Below are positions 26,842 through 35,423 of a DNA stretch of 36,214 nucleotides, piece by piece. Origin of the DNA: a virus (lineage: Duplodnaviria > Caudoviricetes). The position numbers and the translations under genes are program-made. A model generated the notes under the pieces. That model was not told where the DNA came from and did no database searches. It saw nothing but the letters and a program-made list of their open reading frames with translations. Every line of letters begins with the position of its first letter. Positions within the stretch are counted from its first letter, which is position 1. The stretch covers positions 1 through 36,214 of the IMG/VR virus record IMGVR_UViG_3300032212_000087; one strand, written 5' to 3'.

Positions 26842-27030
26842 TTACTCGACATCTTTTGGCGCGCTCATATAAATATCTTTAACTTGCCTATGCAAATCAC
26901 CGAGAGCCTTTACTTGTCTAGCGTACATCGTGCCCTTATTTTTGAGGGAGGCGTAACATTTCTCGTTTTCACTAACAAGCTTAGAGATATTCGTTTTGTG
27001 GCCTCTAAGACTTATTTGATATAACTCCAC
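26842..27030 (-). CDS. Hypothetical protein
   Basis: AAGGAG upstream of the GTG start. Confidence 0.5.
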   Translation of the reverse strand: MELYQISLRGHKTNISKLVSENEKCYASLKNKGTMYARQVKALGDLHRQVKDIYMSAPKDVE

Positions 27031-27043
27031 TTTCTCTCTCCTT

Positions 27044-27182
27044 CAGGGCTTCACCCTGTTATTGGGTGGGGTTCCACAGCCGCAAATGCGCTTTATTGCT
27101 CGCGGCCACTCTGCCCATCTCTGCGGCGTGTCGAGTGCTTTTGTGCGGTTTCAAGATGTTTAGCCAAGCTGCTTCACCCCAT
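27044..27182 (-). ncRNA. Candidate GC-rich structured RNA element in the left operon
   Basis: Nested stems TGGGGT/ACCCCA, CCGCA/TGTGG and GCCGCA/TGCGGC, then the hairpin CAGGG-TGAAG-CCCTG. Confidence 0.4.
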
Positions 27183-27189
27183 TGATTGT

Positions 27190-27345
27190 TTAATCTAATT
27201 GACCGCACTTTTTGGCATAATTTTTTTGATGCTCAATTACCTCTATAAGTTTTTCTATATCGTCCCCAATATTTACACTGCCAATGTCAAGCCGCTTAAC
27301 GTCCCGCAGCAACTCATCAAAAAACATCTCTAAATTAAATCCCAT
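27190..27345 (-). CDS. Hypothetical protein (51 aa)
   Basis: AGGAG RBS; coupled to the upstream stop. Confidence 0.55.
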   Translation of the reverse strand: MGFNLEMFFDELLRDVKRLDIGSVNIGDDIEKLIEVIEHQKNYAKKCGQLD

Positions 27346-27680
27346 TAGTTATTCTCCTGTTCAATTACCTGTTCTATACAATTCATCACGGCCTCTGTGA
27401 TTGTTTTGCCTTCTTCTTCGATGCTATTCTTTAGATAAGCCGAAGCTAACCAGTATTCGTTGTTTTCCCAGTCCTCTGTTTTGCTAACCCCAATCTCAAA
27501 AAAATCTTGGCACTCTAATAACTGTTCAGCGTTTTCGCGTGGGTTGAATACAGCTTCAACATATATTCCTGCATTGGATTTTTTTACAAGAACAACTCGC
27601 TCTACGTTATAACCTGCTTTCTCTATCCTGCAAGCGTAATCCATCCTCTCCGCTATCTTTTTTAAAGTCTCTGGTTTCAT
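27345..27680 (-). CDS. Hypothetical protein, weakly NinX-like
   Basis: FNP..N..Q pattern; ATGA-coupled. Confidence 0.55.
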   Translation of the reverse strand: MKPETLKKIAERMDYACRIEKAGYNVERVVLVKKSNAGIYVEAVFNPRENAEQLLECQDFFEIGVSKTEDWENNEYWLASAYLKNSIEEEGKTITEAVMNCIEQVIEQENN

Positions 27681-27916
27681 TGTTTTAGCTCTGCTAGGGC
27701 TTCGTCTATAACTTCAAAAGTATGTTCTGGATACATACCGTTAGCTGTAAACATACCCCTTGATAATATTAAAGCCTTCTCAAGCTTATCTATCTTGGCT
27801 TGTTGTTCTACATTTCCTTTTACCAACAGCCTAATAATAATCTCGGCTCTACTTCCATCCATGCGAGGCGGTAAGGCTCGCAAATATTTTTCAGCGTCTT
27901 CGATAAGTTCACTCAT
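27677..27916 (-). CDS. Hypothetical protein
   Basis: Likely start MSELIE, ATGA-coupled. Confidence 0.6.
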   Translation of the reverse strand: MSELIEDAEKYLRALPPRMDGSRAEIIIRLLVKGNVEQQAKIDKLEKALILSRGMFTANGMYPEHTFEVIDEALAELKQ

Positions 27917-28437
27917 TCCACACCCCATAAAATATTTAATCTATCGCCGAACTTCTCGCGGAGTTGTTTAGTAGGTTCGGATTTAAAGTAAGCGGGGCTA
28001 CCGTGTTGCATACGGTAGCAATCATGAGGGGAAAGCTTATTAGCCCTATGGTTAAAGAAAAGACCCCATTTCCCCTGACTAGAATCATTCCAATCCGGCT
28101 TCCAATCCCCGTTAAACTCATCCGCAAACATCTTAAGCTCATATAATACTTGTAGCTTAGGGGCTTCAAGTTGTTCACGGTCTCTGTGCCATTCGGCTTC
28201 GGCTTTGGTGCGCTTAACGCGGCCTTGTTTTAAGTAACCCCTATCCGCATAGTCATCATCGTATGTGCGACTCCATATAGTACCCTCACCCCCAACAAAC
28301 CAAATTTTGTCCCCCTTCTGCGGCCACTCCTTCAGCTTTCCAAGCTCTTGCTGTGCTTTGATTACTACTGCGTCACATTTAGCTGACGCTTCTTTACAGT
28401 CATTAATAATCTTCTCTAATCTTTCTGATTCGCTCAT
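27913..28437 (-). CDS. Conserved phage hypothetical protein
   Basis: GAGG RBS; WPQKGD and WKPDWND..Q.KW motifs. Confidence 0.7.
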   Translation of the reverse strand: MSESERLEKIINDCKEASAKCDAVVIKAQQELGKLKEWPQKGDKIWFVGGEGTIWSRTYDDDYADRGYLKQGRVKRTKAEAEWHRDREQLEAPKLQVLYELKMFADEFNGDWKPDWNDSSQGKWGLFFNHRANKLSPHDCYRMQHGSPAYFKSEPTKQLREKFGDRLNILWGVE

Positions 28438-28619
28438 TGTTTAATATCCTCTAATGCTCTCTGTAATTTCTTTATCACACAAACTAACTTGTTATGATCC
28501 TCTACTAAAAACATAAAATTATCTCTTGTTAAGTCTGGAATACTCTCCATATCCCAATTAGCGCTGACGTATAATGTATCTGGAAAATCATTCTCAACGA
28601 TTGCGTCTACTTCACTCAT
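28434..28619 (-). CDS. Hypothetical protein
   Basis: Likely start MSEVDA with an AGGTG RBS. Confidence 0.6.
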   Translation of the reverse strand: MSEVDAIVENDFPDTLYVSANWDMESIPDLTRDNFMFLVEDHNKLVCVIKKLQRALEDIKQ

Positions 28620-28723
28620 ATAGCACCTAAATAAATAATTAAACCGAAAACAACCCAAAGAACAATCGCCGGCAACGCTAGCCATAATATAAACAATGTT
28701 TCTTTTATAAATTCTTTTTTCAT
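28616..28723 (-). CDS. Small membrane peptide (35 aa), not in the ORF track
   Basis: MKKEFIKETLFILWLALPAIVLWVVFGLIIYLGAI; ATGA-coupled to the next gene. Confidence 0.55.
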   Translation of the reverse strand: MKKEFIKETLFILWLALPAIVLWVVFGLIIYLGAI

Positions 28724-28727
28724 AATT

Positions 28728-28757
28728 AAAAACCTAGTTTTGTTTAACCAGACTAGG
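28728..28757 (-). terminator. Putative tL terminator
   Basis: CCTAGT...ACTAGG stem followed by T5 on the minus strand. Confidence 0.45.
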
Positions 28758-28777
28758 AACTGGGGCGGAGGTCATAC

Positions 28778-29080
28778 CTAAAATGGGATCTTGTCATCGA
28801 AGGAGTTTTCTTGCGCGGGCGCTTGTTGCGCTGCTCCGCCAGAGTTGTTATTAGTATCTCGATAAAAAACCTTCACATTTCCTAAAATGTTGCCTTGCAC
28901 TCCATTGGCTCTTTCTTCTTTCGAGATAGATTGAGATATGAATCCGTGGTCGCCATATTCGCCTGGGTTATCAAGGTCAATAAAAGTTGTTAGATCTAAG
29001 TAAGTACCTTTCTCTCCATTAAAAAGTCTTTCTTTATCAATCTTACTGACATTAATTTTTACGCTTAATCCTAGTTTCAT
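28778..29080 (-). CDS. Single-stranded DNA-binding protein-like
   Basis: Follows ERF/exonuclease; G/Q linker and acidic FDDKIPF tail. Confidence 0.7.
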   Translation of the reverse strand: MKLGLSVKINVSKIDKERLFNGEKGTYLDLTTFIDLDNPGEYGDHGFISQSISKEERANGVQGNILGNVKVFYRDTNNNSGGAAQQAPAQENSFDDKIPF

Positions 29081-29081
29081 T

Positions 29082-29699
29082 TTATGCTGCTTCCCGTAGT
29101 TGTTTAAGTTGTTCGCGCTTTTTTAGCATTTCATCTATAAAATTATTACTTGCTTCATCTATTAACTTTATTAATTTTTCATCTCTACCCACCTCAATAA
29201 TTAAAGGCGGCATAGTGGGGTGATAAGATTGAAATACCCACTTATCAAAACCAGTTACATACAAAGAGCTTTGTACTTGTATTTTGTATTTTGTCGGCAA
29301 TTTGTTATTCAATAAATATTCGATGTGCGTGTGGGGGGCTGGTGATTTGATTTCCAGCCCAACTGAGTTATTTATCAACGCATCAGGAGAGCAAGATATT
29401 AATTTTCTATCGTCTTTATAAATTAAACCCACTTGCTTAGGTTCGCAGTCAAACATAAACCCATAGAGTGAACGCGCCTCGCTTTCTAATTCATGGCCGC
29501 GCTCCATCCATTCGTTTTGCTTAATAGAATCATGCTCACCTGTATACCATTCAGCTAATAACTTATTCATATAAGCTTTGCTTTGTGTGCTTGGCTTGCC
29601 TGTGGAAGTAAGTATTTTATCCATGCTTGAGGCTGTAGGGATGCCCATCCGCGCTTTAAACCATTCATCGGTATTTTGCTCTACGTCTAAAATAATCAT
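29082..29699 (-). CDS. YqaJ / lambda-exonuclease family nuclease
   Basis: QNTDEWFKARMGIPTAS, GHELE, CSPDAL, LEIKSP, QVQ. Confidence 0.92.
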   Translation of the reverse strand: MIILDVEQNTDEWFKARMGIPTASSMDKILTSTGKPSTQSKAYMNKLLAEWYTGEHDSIKQNEWMERGHELESEARSLYGFMFDCEPKQVGLIYKDDRKLISCSPDALINNSVGLEIKSPAPHTHIEYLLNNKLPTKYKIQVQSSLYVTGFDKWVFQSYHPTMPPLIIEVGRDEKLIKLIDEASNNFIDEMLKKREQLKQLREAA

Positions 29700-30424
29700 T
29701 TTGCTTTACCTTTTGACTTTAGAGCATTTAATGCCTTATCAAAGTTATTGACCGACAAATTAGCTAACGCGCTAACACCGCAATACTGTAAGAAAGCCTT
29801 TTCATTTGAGCCTGTTTCTTGAATCCATTTTTCTAAAATGATAACTTGCTCTGGAGTTATGAATTCAAGCTCTACGTTTCCGTCGTTATCATCACCTGTT
29901 GTTACATCAAAAATCATACATGTGAGGTAACGCCTACCATACGAATAGGTTGATCCTGTTCCATGTATCCCTGTTTTATTTGTTTTGCCCTGTATACCTG
30001 TTGTATCTATAGGTAGGTCAAGATGATGTGTTTCGGAATGACCTGACTTATGCCTAAGTATGCCGATAATCCTTATATGCCCTTCTTTGGGACTAGCATC
30101 TTCACTAAAAGTTATGGAGAACCCTTCTTTCGTGTAAACAGGTTTTATTGCTTTTGATATGGCCTCATGTGTTGAATACTTACTTCTTGTTTGAGTGTTG
30201 TCAGCATCCTTTACTACATTTGGTAGCATTCCTTGAACCGTTGTCATTGCTTGGGCAAATTCGGCTTCCGCCTTTCGGTCTAGTACGCGCTCGTGCATAG
30301 CCAACATTCTTTCCATTTTATCCACGTCAGAATTTGGGTCGGTTGCCATTTGCCCGATAATTTGAATAATGGCATCATCCGTATTAACTGTTAGAAGCTC
30401 ATCTTTTTTTGCTAACTCACTCAT
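29696..30424 (-). CDS. erf: ERF-family single-strand annealing protein
   Basis: HKSGHSE and GSTYSYGRRY...GDDNDG motifs. Confidence 0.9.
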   Translation of the reverse strand: MSELAKKDELLTVNTDDAIIQIIGQMATDPNSDVDKMERMLAMHERVLDRKAEAEFAQAMTTVQGMLPNVVKDADNTQTRSKYSTHEAISKAIKPVYTKEGFSITFSEDASPKEGHIRIIGILRHKSGHSETHHLDLPIDTTGIQGKTNKTGIHGTGSTYSYGRRYLTCMIFDVTTGDDNDGNVELEFITPEQVIILEKWIQETGSNEKAFLQYCGVSALANLSVNNFDKALNALKSKGKAK

Positions 30425-30518
30425 CGTCCTAACCTCACTAAGTAATCACGTTTTTTTAATCTTAAAATCCAATCGAATAATTTTTGAATTTTAGATCGTC
30501 GATAATTCTTTAAGTCCT

Positions 30519-30776
30519 TCACGCGCAACGTTCCTCTATTTCACTTTCAGCGTAAGAAATGATTGATTTCTCTAACGTTGATACGCGGCCTTCTAAGCAT
30601 TGTTTGTCTTTCTTTAAGGTACTGTTATTTTTTACTAATACTTCGTTATAAGCTCTCAACGACTTAATAACATCGTCTTGGCTTTCAATGTAAGTAATAG
30701 TGTCCTCAAGAGCCTCAATGTTGTTTGCTCTTGATTCGCTTTTTAAAAGTCTGTTTAATATTTCAATTATTGCCAT
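30519..30776 (-). CDS. Hypothetical coiled-coil protein
   Basis: ORF in the left operon. Confidence 0.6.
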   Translation of the reverse strand: MAIIEILNRLLKSESRANNIEALEDTITYIESQDDVIKSLRAYNEVLVKNNSTLKKDKQCLEGRVSTLEKSIISYAESEIEERCA

Positions 30777-30979
30777 TGTTTTGCCCTCAAGTTTTGTAGT
30801 CTTTCCATTTTCAATATTTGCCTTTCACTTCTTTGATCGAGAAGCCGTTTAAATTCTAGATACTCCTCGACCATTTCTTCTCTACTGCTTGCATTTGAAA
30901 AAGCATTAAAAGCGCGGTCTATCTTTTTTTCTAAAATAGTATCCTTGTCATCCAGGTATATTATTTTTGCTAGGCTCAT
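30767..30979 (-). CDS. Hypothetical protein
   Basis: ATGA-coupled. Confidence 0.6.
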   Translation of the reverse strand: MSLAKIIYLDDKDTILEKKIDRAFNAFSNASSREEMVEEYLEFKRLLDQRSERQILKMERLQNLRAKQWQ

Positions 30980-31281
30980 CTATCTAAAACCAAGAACTCA
31001 GCGGTAGAGTAAAGACCTTCTGTTATCTTCTTTACAAAGAAAGTACCTAGTGAAGAATGATCGTTATTTAAAAAGTCTTCTAAAAGTTCTTTTTCTTCTG
31101 TGGTGAATTCCATTTCATTAATGACTGTTTCTATTTCTTCTTTATCGTGCAACAGGTCTTCGTATTGATCTTTAACATCACGTCGATACGCCTCAGCTTT
31201 TTGTTCTTCTCTGTCGTAATAGTTGTCAGCTTCACGTACTGGATCGAACACCGCGGATACTGCTTGATTGATATATGACAT
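30976..31281 (-). CDS. Acidic first gene of the pL operon
   Basis: GAGG RBS before MSYINQ; highly acidic. Confidence 0.7.
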   Translation of the reverse strand: MSYINQAVSAVFDPVREADNYYDREEQKAEAYRRDVKDQYEDLLHDKEEIETVINEMEFTTEEKELLEDFLNNDHSSLGTFFVKKITEGLYSTAEFLVLDR

Positions 31282-31309
31282 GTTGACCTCGTTTCTTTGA
31301 TTTGAAACA

Positions 31310-31379
31310 AGTATAAACCTAAGGTTTGATATAGTCAAGTTTAAGGTTTAAAAAAAGATCGAAATAAACCCTAAGGCTT
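31310..31379 (-). promoter_or_regulatory. pL promoter with three OL operators
   Basis: TTGACT-17-TATACT; palindrome AAACCTAAGGTTT (31315-31327) in the spacer, with variants at 31337 and 31367. Confidence 0.85.
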
Positions 31380-31397
31380 ACTGCATATTAAGGAGGG

Positions 31398-31658
31398 TTA
31401 TTTTTTGAGGTGGTCGCTAGTAATTAATTCAATAGCTGTTGTGCGGCGTATCTGCTCATCTGAGACACGCTTAACTTCTGCGTCCAAGTGCATCAAGTGT
31501 AGAAACAAAACAGCAGAAATAGCGATATGAACAACCGTAATAGCTGTTTTAATAATATCTTTCATACTGTATTGCTGTTTATTTGCGGGGTCGTTCGCGC
31601 TTTGTTTTTCTTGTTCTTGAGCTACCGATATTACCTGCCGCATCTTCTTGTCATCCAT
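31398..31658 (-). CDS. Single-TM protein downstream of the repressor
   Basis: GAGG RBS; one hydrophobic helix; occupies the rex/sie-type position. Confidence 0.6.
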   Translation of the reverse strand: MDDKKMRQVISVAQEQEKQSANDPANKQQYSMKDIIKTAITVVHIAISAVLFLHLMHLDAEVKRVSDEQIRRTTAIELITSDHLKK

Positions 31659-31762
31659 ACGAACCTCATAACGTATTTATGGAAGTGCTAATTCGGAGTA
31701 GGGATTGTACGTTTTTTAATCAGGCGCTTCAAAGAGTTTACGAGCGCCGGTGCAGAATGCAA

Positions 31763-32200
31763 TTAAAATAGCTTTTCTTGCTGTTTGTGTACATCTAGGT
31801 AGGACACAACCGACTTTTTGGGAGGCTCATCTTCTTCAAGAGAGTAGAAATAAGCAACGGCGGCAGACTTTACGACGCTAGAATAATCACCTTCGGCAGC
31901 TATTCTGTCTACAGCATCCATTATCCTAGCAAGCCTTTTCACATCAAGCCCCTTTAAAGACTCTAAGGCTTCTTTCTCGCCTTTGCCTGTCGCTAACCAA
32001 TCAGGATTAAGGTGGGCTAACTTCGCTAGTTTAGATAGCTTCTCATAGCCTAGCTTACCGTTATTCATTGACTGCCCAAGGGCTTGGTTTGACACACCAA
32101 CCTCAAGCGCAATTGATGACTTAGAGCCTTCGATTCGGCTCATTGCTTCGGTGATTCTTTTTGCTTTAGCAGAAAGCTCTGGAGATATTTCTTTTTTCAT
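31763..32200 (-). CDS. cI: CI-like immunity repressor (XRE HTH, no S24 peptidase domain)
   Basis: SIALEVGVSNQALGQ HTH and LNPDWLATGKG; divergent from cro. Confidence 0.82.
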   Translation of the reverse strand: MKKEISPELSAKAKRITEAMSRIEGSKSSIALEVGVSNQALGQSMNNGKLGYEKLSKLAKLAHLNPDWLATGKGEKEALESLKGLDVKRLARIMDAVDRIAAEGDYSSVVKSAAVAYFYSLEEDEPPKKSVVSYLDVHKQQEKLF

Positions 32201-32206
32201 ACCCGA

Positions 32207-32307
32207 AGTCTGACAAGCGAACGCTAACATTTCAACATACCAAGGTTTAAGGTTATTAATGCTTGGGTTGGAGTATAGCTTGACATATCCAACCTAGGGT
32301 TTATAAT
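32207..32307. promoter_or_regulatory. Divergent pRM/pR promoters with OR operators
   Basis: pR TTGACA(32280)-16-TATAAT(32302); pRM TTGAAA-17-CAGACT on the minus strand. Operator CAACCTAGGGTTT (32290-32302) with variants near 32258 and 32243. Confidence 0.85.
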
Positions 32308-32314
32308 TGCGCTT

Positions 32315-32524
32315 ATGAAAATTAAAAAAATATTTGAAAAAGTAAATAAGTCAGAAATGGCGAGACAATTAACCAACCTAAAGCCACCGATTACAGGGCA
32401 AGCCGTAGGTAAGTGGAAACAGGTACCTTTAAGTCGGGTTGTAGACGTTGAAAAGATAACAGGCATATCTAGGCATGTATTAAGGGCTGATGTTTCTCGC
32501 ATTTTTCGTGAACCAAAAAGTTAA
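32315..32524 (+). CDS. cro: Cro-like repressor
   Basis: ITGQAVGKWKQVP..RV..VEKITGISRHVLR.D (YdaS/Cro-like). Confidence 0.85.
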   Translation: MKIKKIFEKVNKSEMARQLTNLKPPITGQAVGKWKQVPLSRVVDVEKITGISRHVLRADVSRIFREPKS

Positions 32525-32533
32525 GTTAAAAAA

Positions 32534-32577
32534 ATTTTAGCTAGGAAGGCTAAGCAAATCAAAGCAAACAAAGGCAA
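32534..32577 (-). promoter_or_regulatory. pRE-like CII-dependent promoter
   Basis: TTGC-N6-TTGC-N6-TTGC on the minus strand followed by TAAAAT. Confidence 0.65.
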
Positions 32578-32583
32578 AGGATT

Positions 32584-33000
32584 ATGAATAAATTTAATGA
32601 GGAAATTAATTTTGGCTTACACAAGGTAAAGCCAACAACAATAAATGACCTACCTAATGAGGTAGTTCTAAGCTGTCCAACTATACAAGCAGCTTTTAGA
32701 TTATCTTTGAGTCAGTCATTAGTCAGTCACGAATTCGACTCATGGGCTGATGCGTTTGGATTAACAGCAGGCGCATTTAACACAATTCTAAATAACGATT
32801 TAATTGAAAAGAAGAAAGAGGCTATCGGCAAGGGATTTAGATCTCGATACATACCTAGTCATTGGTTTGAAATGATTGCCGAGCTTACAGGCAATAACGC
32901 AGTAGGGCAGTGGATGTATTTATACCCTAAGCGTAAAAAATTATTAGAACAAATAGAAGAACGAAAACTATACCAACAGCTAGAGATAGGAGTGGGGTAG
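32584..33000 (+). CDS. CII-like activator
   Basis: Position after cro, an HTH-like segment and an adjacent CII box. Confidence 0.6.
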   Translation: MNKFNEEINFGLHKVKPTTINDLPNEVVLSCPTIQAAFRLSLSQSLVSHEFDSWADAFGLTAGAFNTILNNDLIEKKKEAIGKGFRSRYIPSHWFEMIAELTGNNAVGQWMYLYPKRKKLLEQIEERKLYQQLEIGVG

Positions 33001-33009
33001 CTGTGTTTT

Positions 33010-33031
33010 GCCTAGGTCAAACTACCTAGGC
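33010..33031 (+). other. Inverted repeat (hairpin) after the cII-like gene
   Basis: GCCTAGGT-caaact-ACCTAGGC; could terminate an oop-like antisense RNA. Confidence 0.5.
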
Positions 33032-33144
33032 GATTAACGGGATATTTACAAGATAATAAATTTAATAGAATTATGTAAGTACGCAAGGAAGCGAATAAGG
33101 AACGAAGGATAATAATAAATTTAGTGTGTGAAGCGGGAATGTAA

Positions 33145-33855
33145 ATGGCAGGTGATTGGATCAAGATGGAGTTAACAACTCCTGACAAACCAGAAGTTTT
33201 TGCTATAGCAGAAGCTTTCGATATAGACCCTGATGCGGCTTTCGGAAAGCTATTTAGAGTATGGGCTTGGTTCGATCAACACACTGAAAACGGTAACGCT
33301 CCCACCGTTACCAAAACGTTGATAAATCGTATCACTAGCGTTATAGGTTTTGCAGATGCAATGGTTGATGCAGGGTGGTTGGTGCAAACAGATGACGGTT
33401 TAGAGGTTCCAAACTTTGAAAGACACAACGGCGAAACAGGTAAAAAACGCGCTTTAACCGCTAAAAGACAGGCTAAACACAAAAATAAGGTCAATGAAAA
33501 AGGTAACGGAAAAGTAACGCCAGCAGCGTTACCTAAAGAAGAGAAGAGAAGAGAAGATATTAAAACACTAGTCCCTTACGAAAAAATTAAAAATCTTTCA
33601 AACAAAATACTTTCAGATTTACCCGCTTGCAAACAACTCACCGACACACGCAAAAAACAAATATTAAAAATATGGAACTCCAAAAACGAAAACGGAGAAC
33701 CTAGAAACAATCTCGAATGGTGGGAATCATTTTTTACTTTTTGCAAAACGATAAAATTTCTACATGGCGAAAATGATAGGGGATGGGTGGCGAATCTTGA
33801 GTGGATCACAAAACCTGCAAACTTCATAAAAATAATCGAAGGGAATTACAAATGA
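33145..33855 (+). CDS. Phage replication initiator (O-like)
   Basis: MAGDWIKME...PDKPEV N-terminus, GENDRGWVANLEWI C-terminus; precedes DnaB. Confidence 0.8.
   Translation: MAGDWIKMELTTPDKPEVFAIAEAFDIDPDAAFGKLFRVWAWFDQHTENGNAPTVTKTLINRITSVIGFADAMVDAGWLVQTDDGLEVPNFERHNGETGKKRALTAKRQAKHKNKVNEKGNGKVTPAALPKEEKRREDIKTLVPYEKIKNLSNKILSDLPACKQLTDTRKKQILKIWNSKNENGEPRNNLEWWESFFTFCKTIKFLHGENDRGWVANLEWITKPANFIKIIEGNYK
33292..33533. repeat. Iteron-like GTAACG/CGTTAC repeats (putative origin)
   Basis: Copies at 33292, 33306 (inverted), 33502, 33514 and 33526 (inverted), inside the initiator gene and followed by an A-rich tract. Confidence 0.6.
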
Positions 33856-35162
33856 GCAGAGAAGCAGAGCAACACGTTATTGGTTCAATTCTCGTAAATA
33901 ACAATATTTTCGATGAAGTTGATTTTTTAAACAAAGATGATTTTTTAAATTCTGAGCATCAAGCTATATTTTCAGCAAGTAAAGAATTAATCGAAAAAGG
34001 AAAAGAGGTTGATTGTTTTATCATCCAAGACAACCTTAAAAATTTAGATTTAAGATACTTGGTTGAACTAAGTAAAAATGTACCCACGACAGTAAACGCA
34101 AAAGCCTATGCCAAGATAGTCAAGCGAGATTCAACAAACAGAAAGCTAATGGCGGCAGGTAATAGCATTTACCAGATAGCCGAAACAGATAAACCAACAG
34201 AAGAAAAATTAGACACCGCATTAGATTTACTTAGTAACTTGTCAACAGAAAACAATGAAAAATCCAAGCCTGTAGAAATAAATAAATTCTTATCCTCAAC
34301 AATTGACGACATTGAGAAAGCCTATAACAACAAAGGCGAAATAATAGGGCTGTCAACAGGTTTAATCGGCTTAGATGAAAAAACGCTAGGTCTACACCCT
34401 TCAAATTTAATTATCATTGCGGGTCGTCCTTCAATGGGTAAAACCTCGTTGGCGTTAAACATGGCAGAAGATGCCGCGAAAAAAGGAAAGACCGCTTTAG
34501 TTTTTAGTATGGAAATGTCAGGCAAAGAATTAACGCAAAGAGAGTTAGCCAATCTTGGGAGTATCCCATTTAATTTCATTAGAAGCGGAAAGTTAAACGA
34601 TAAGCACTGGCCGCGATTAACCGAAGCTACGAAACAACTAAACGAAATGCCACTAATTATCGACGAAACACCGGCCTTAACAATTGGAGAGTTAAGACTA
34701 AGAGCCAAACAAGTGCAACGTGAAAAAGGTTTAGATTTAATTGTTGTTGATTACATTCAGTTAATGAGCGGGTCGGGTGATACTCGAAACGAAACAGTAA
34801 GCGATATTTCAAGAGGACTAAAGGCTTTAGCTAAAGAGCTAAGCGTACCCGTTGTTGCTTTGTCGCAACTTAATCGAAGCCTTGAACAGCGGCCAAACAA
34901 AAGACCTATTATGTCAGACCTTAGAGACTCAGGCGCAATAGAGCAAGACGCTGATGTTATTTTATTTGTCTATCGTGATGAGGTTTATAACGAGGAATCC
35001 CCTCACAAAGATATTGCTGAAATAATTATTGGCAAACAAAGGCAGGGCGCGCTAGGAACAGTATTTACAAAATTTATCGGTTGCTTACTGAGGTTTGAAA
35101 ACTATGTCGGAGACATACCACAATTTTCTGCGCCAACAAGAACAAAGAGTTTTAGAGGCTAA
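33852..35162 (+). CDS. dnaB: Replicative DNA helicase
   Basis: AGRPSMGKT, FSMEMS, VVDYIQL, LSQLNR, DLRDSGAIEQDAD. Confidence 0.96.
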   Translation: MSREAEQHVIGSILVNNNIFDEVDFLNKDDFLNSEHQAIFSASKELIEKGKEVDCFIIQDNLKNLDLRYLVELSKNVPTTVNAKAYAKIVKRDSTNRKLMAAGNSIYQIAETDKPTEEKLDTALDLLSNLSTENNEKSKPVEINKFLSSTIDDIEKAYNNKGEIIGLSTGLIGLDEKTLGLHPSNLIIIAGRPSMGKTSLALNMAEDAAKKGKTALVFSMEMSGKELTQRELANLGSIPFNFIRSGKLNDKHWPRLTEATKQLNEMPLIIDETPALTIGELRLRAKQVQREKGLDLIVVDYIQLMSGSGDTRNETVSDISRGLKALAKELSVPVVALSQLNRSLEQRPNKRPIMSDLRDSGAIEQDADVILFVYRDEVYNEESPHKDIAEIIIGKQRQGALGTVFTKFIGCLLRFENYVGDIPQFSAPTRTKSFRG

Positions 35163-35295
35163 TCAAGAAACATGGAAGTTAATAAAAACACACTTGCCAG
35201 AATTTGCCGATTTTATGATCGAGCTAAGCAAAGAAATGGGAAAGCCAGAAAAAGTAACGATAGAGGTACATGGAAATGACACTAGAAGAAGCTGA
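35095..35295 (+). CDS. Hypothetical protein
   Basis: ORF overlapping the end of dnaB. Confidence 0.5.
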   Translation: MKTMSETYHNFLRQQEQRVLEANQETWKLIKTHLPEFADFMIELSKEMGKPEKVTIEVHGNDTRRS

Positions 35296-35416
35296 AAAAA
35301 GAATTGAAAGTTTAGAAAAAGTAAACGAAGTCAATCAAGATACGCTTGATAACCTTCTTGGAATACTTCTTGAGATTAGAAAGAGAATGAAAATATTAGA
35401 AAGCGCAGGAAGTTAA
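35276..35416 (+). CDS. Small coiled-coil protein (46 aa)
   Basis: MTLEEAEKRIESLEK...; not in the ORF track. Confidence 0.5.
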   Translation: MTLEEAEKRIESLEKVNEVNQDTLDNLLGILLEIRKRMKILESAGS

Positions 35417-35423
35417 ATTCGTT

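Noticed and set aside
27093-27167. N-like arginine-rich peptide (MAKHLETAQKHSTRRRDGQSGREQ) and tRNA-fMet-like start in the GC-rich element
   Set aside because: TTG start, too short for N, and no cloverleaf can be completed; resemblance only.
26113-30424. Recurrent MSE/MSD starts in left-operon genes as a repeat system
   Set aside because: Largely explained by ATGA stop-start coupling; no longer shared cassette sequence is seen.
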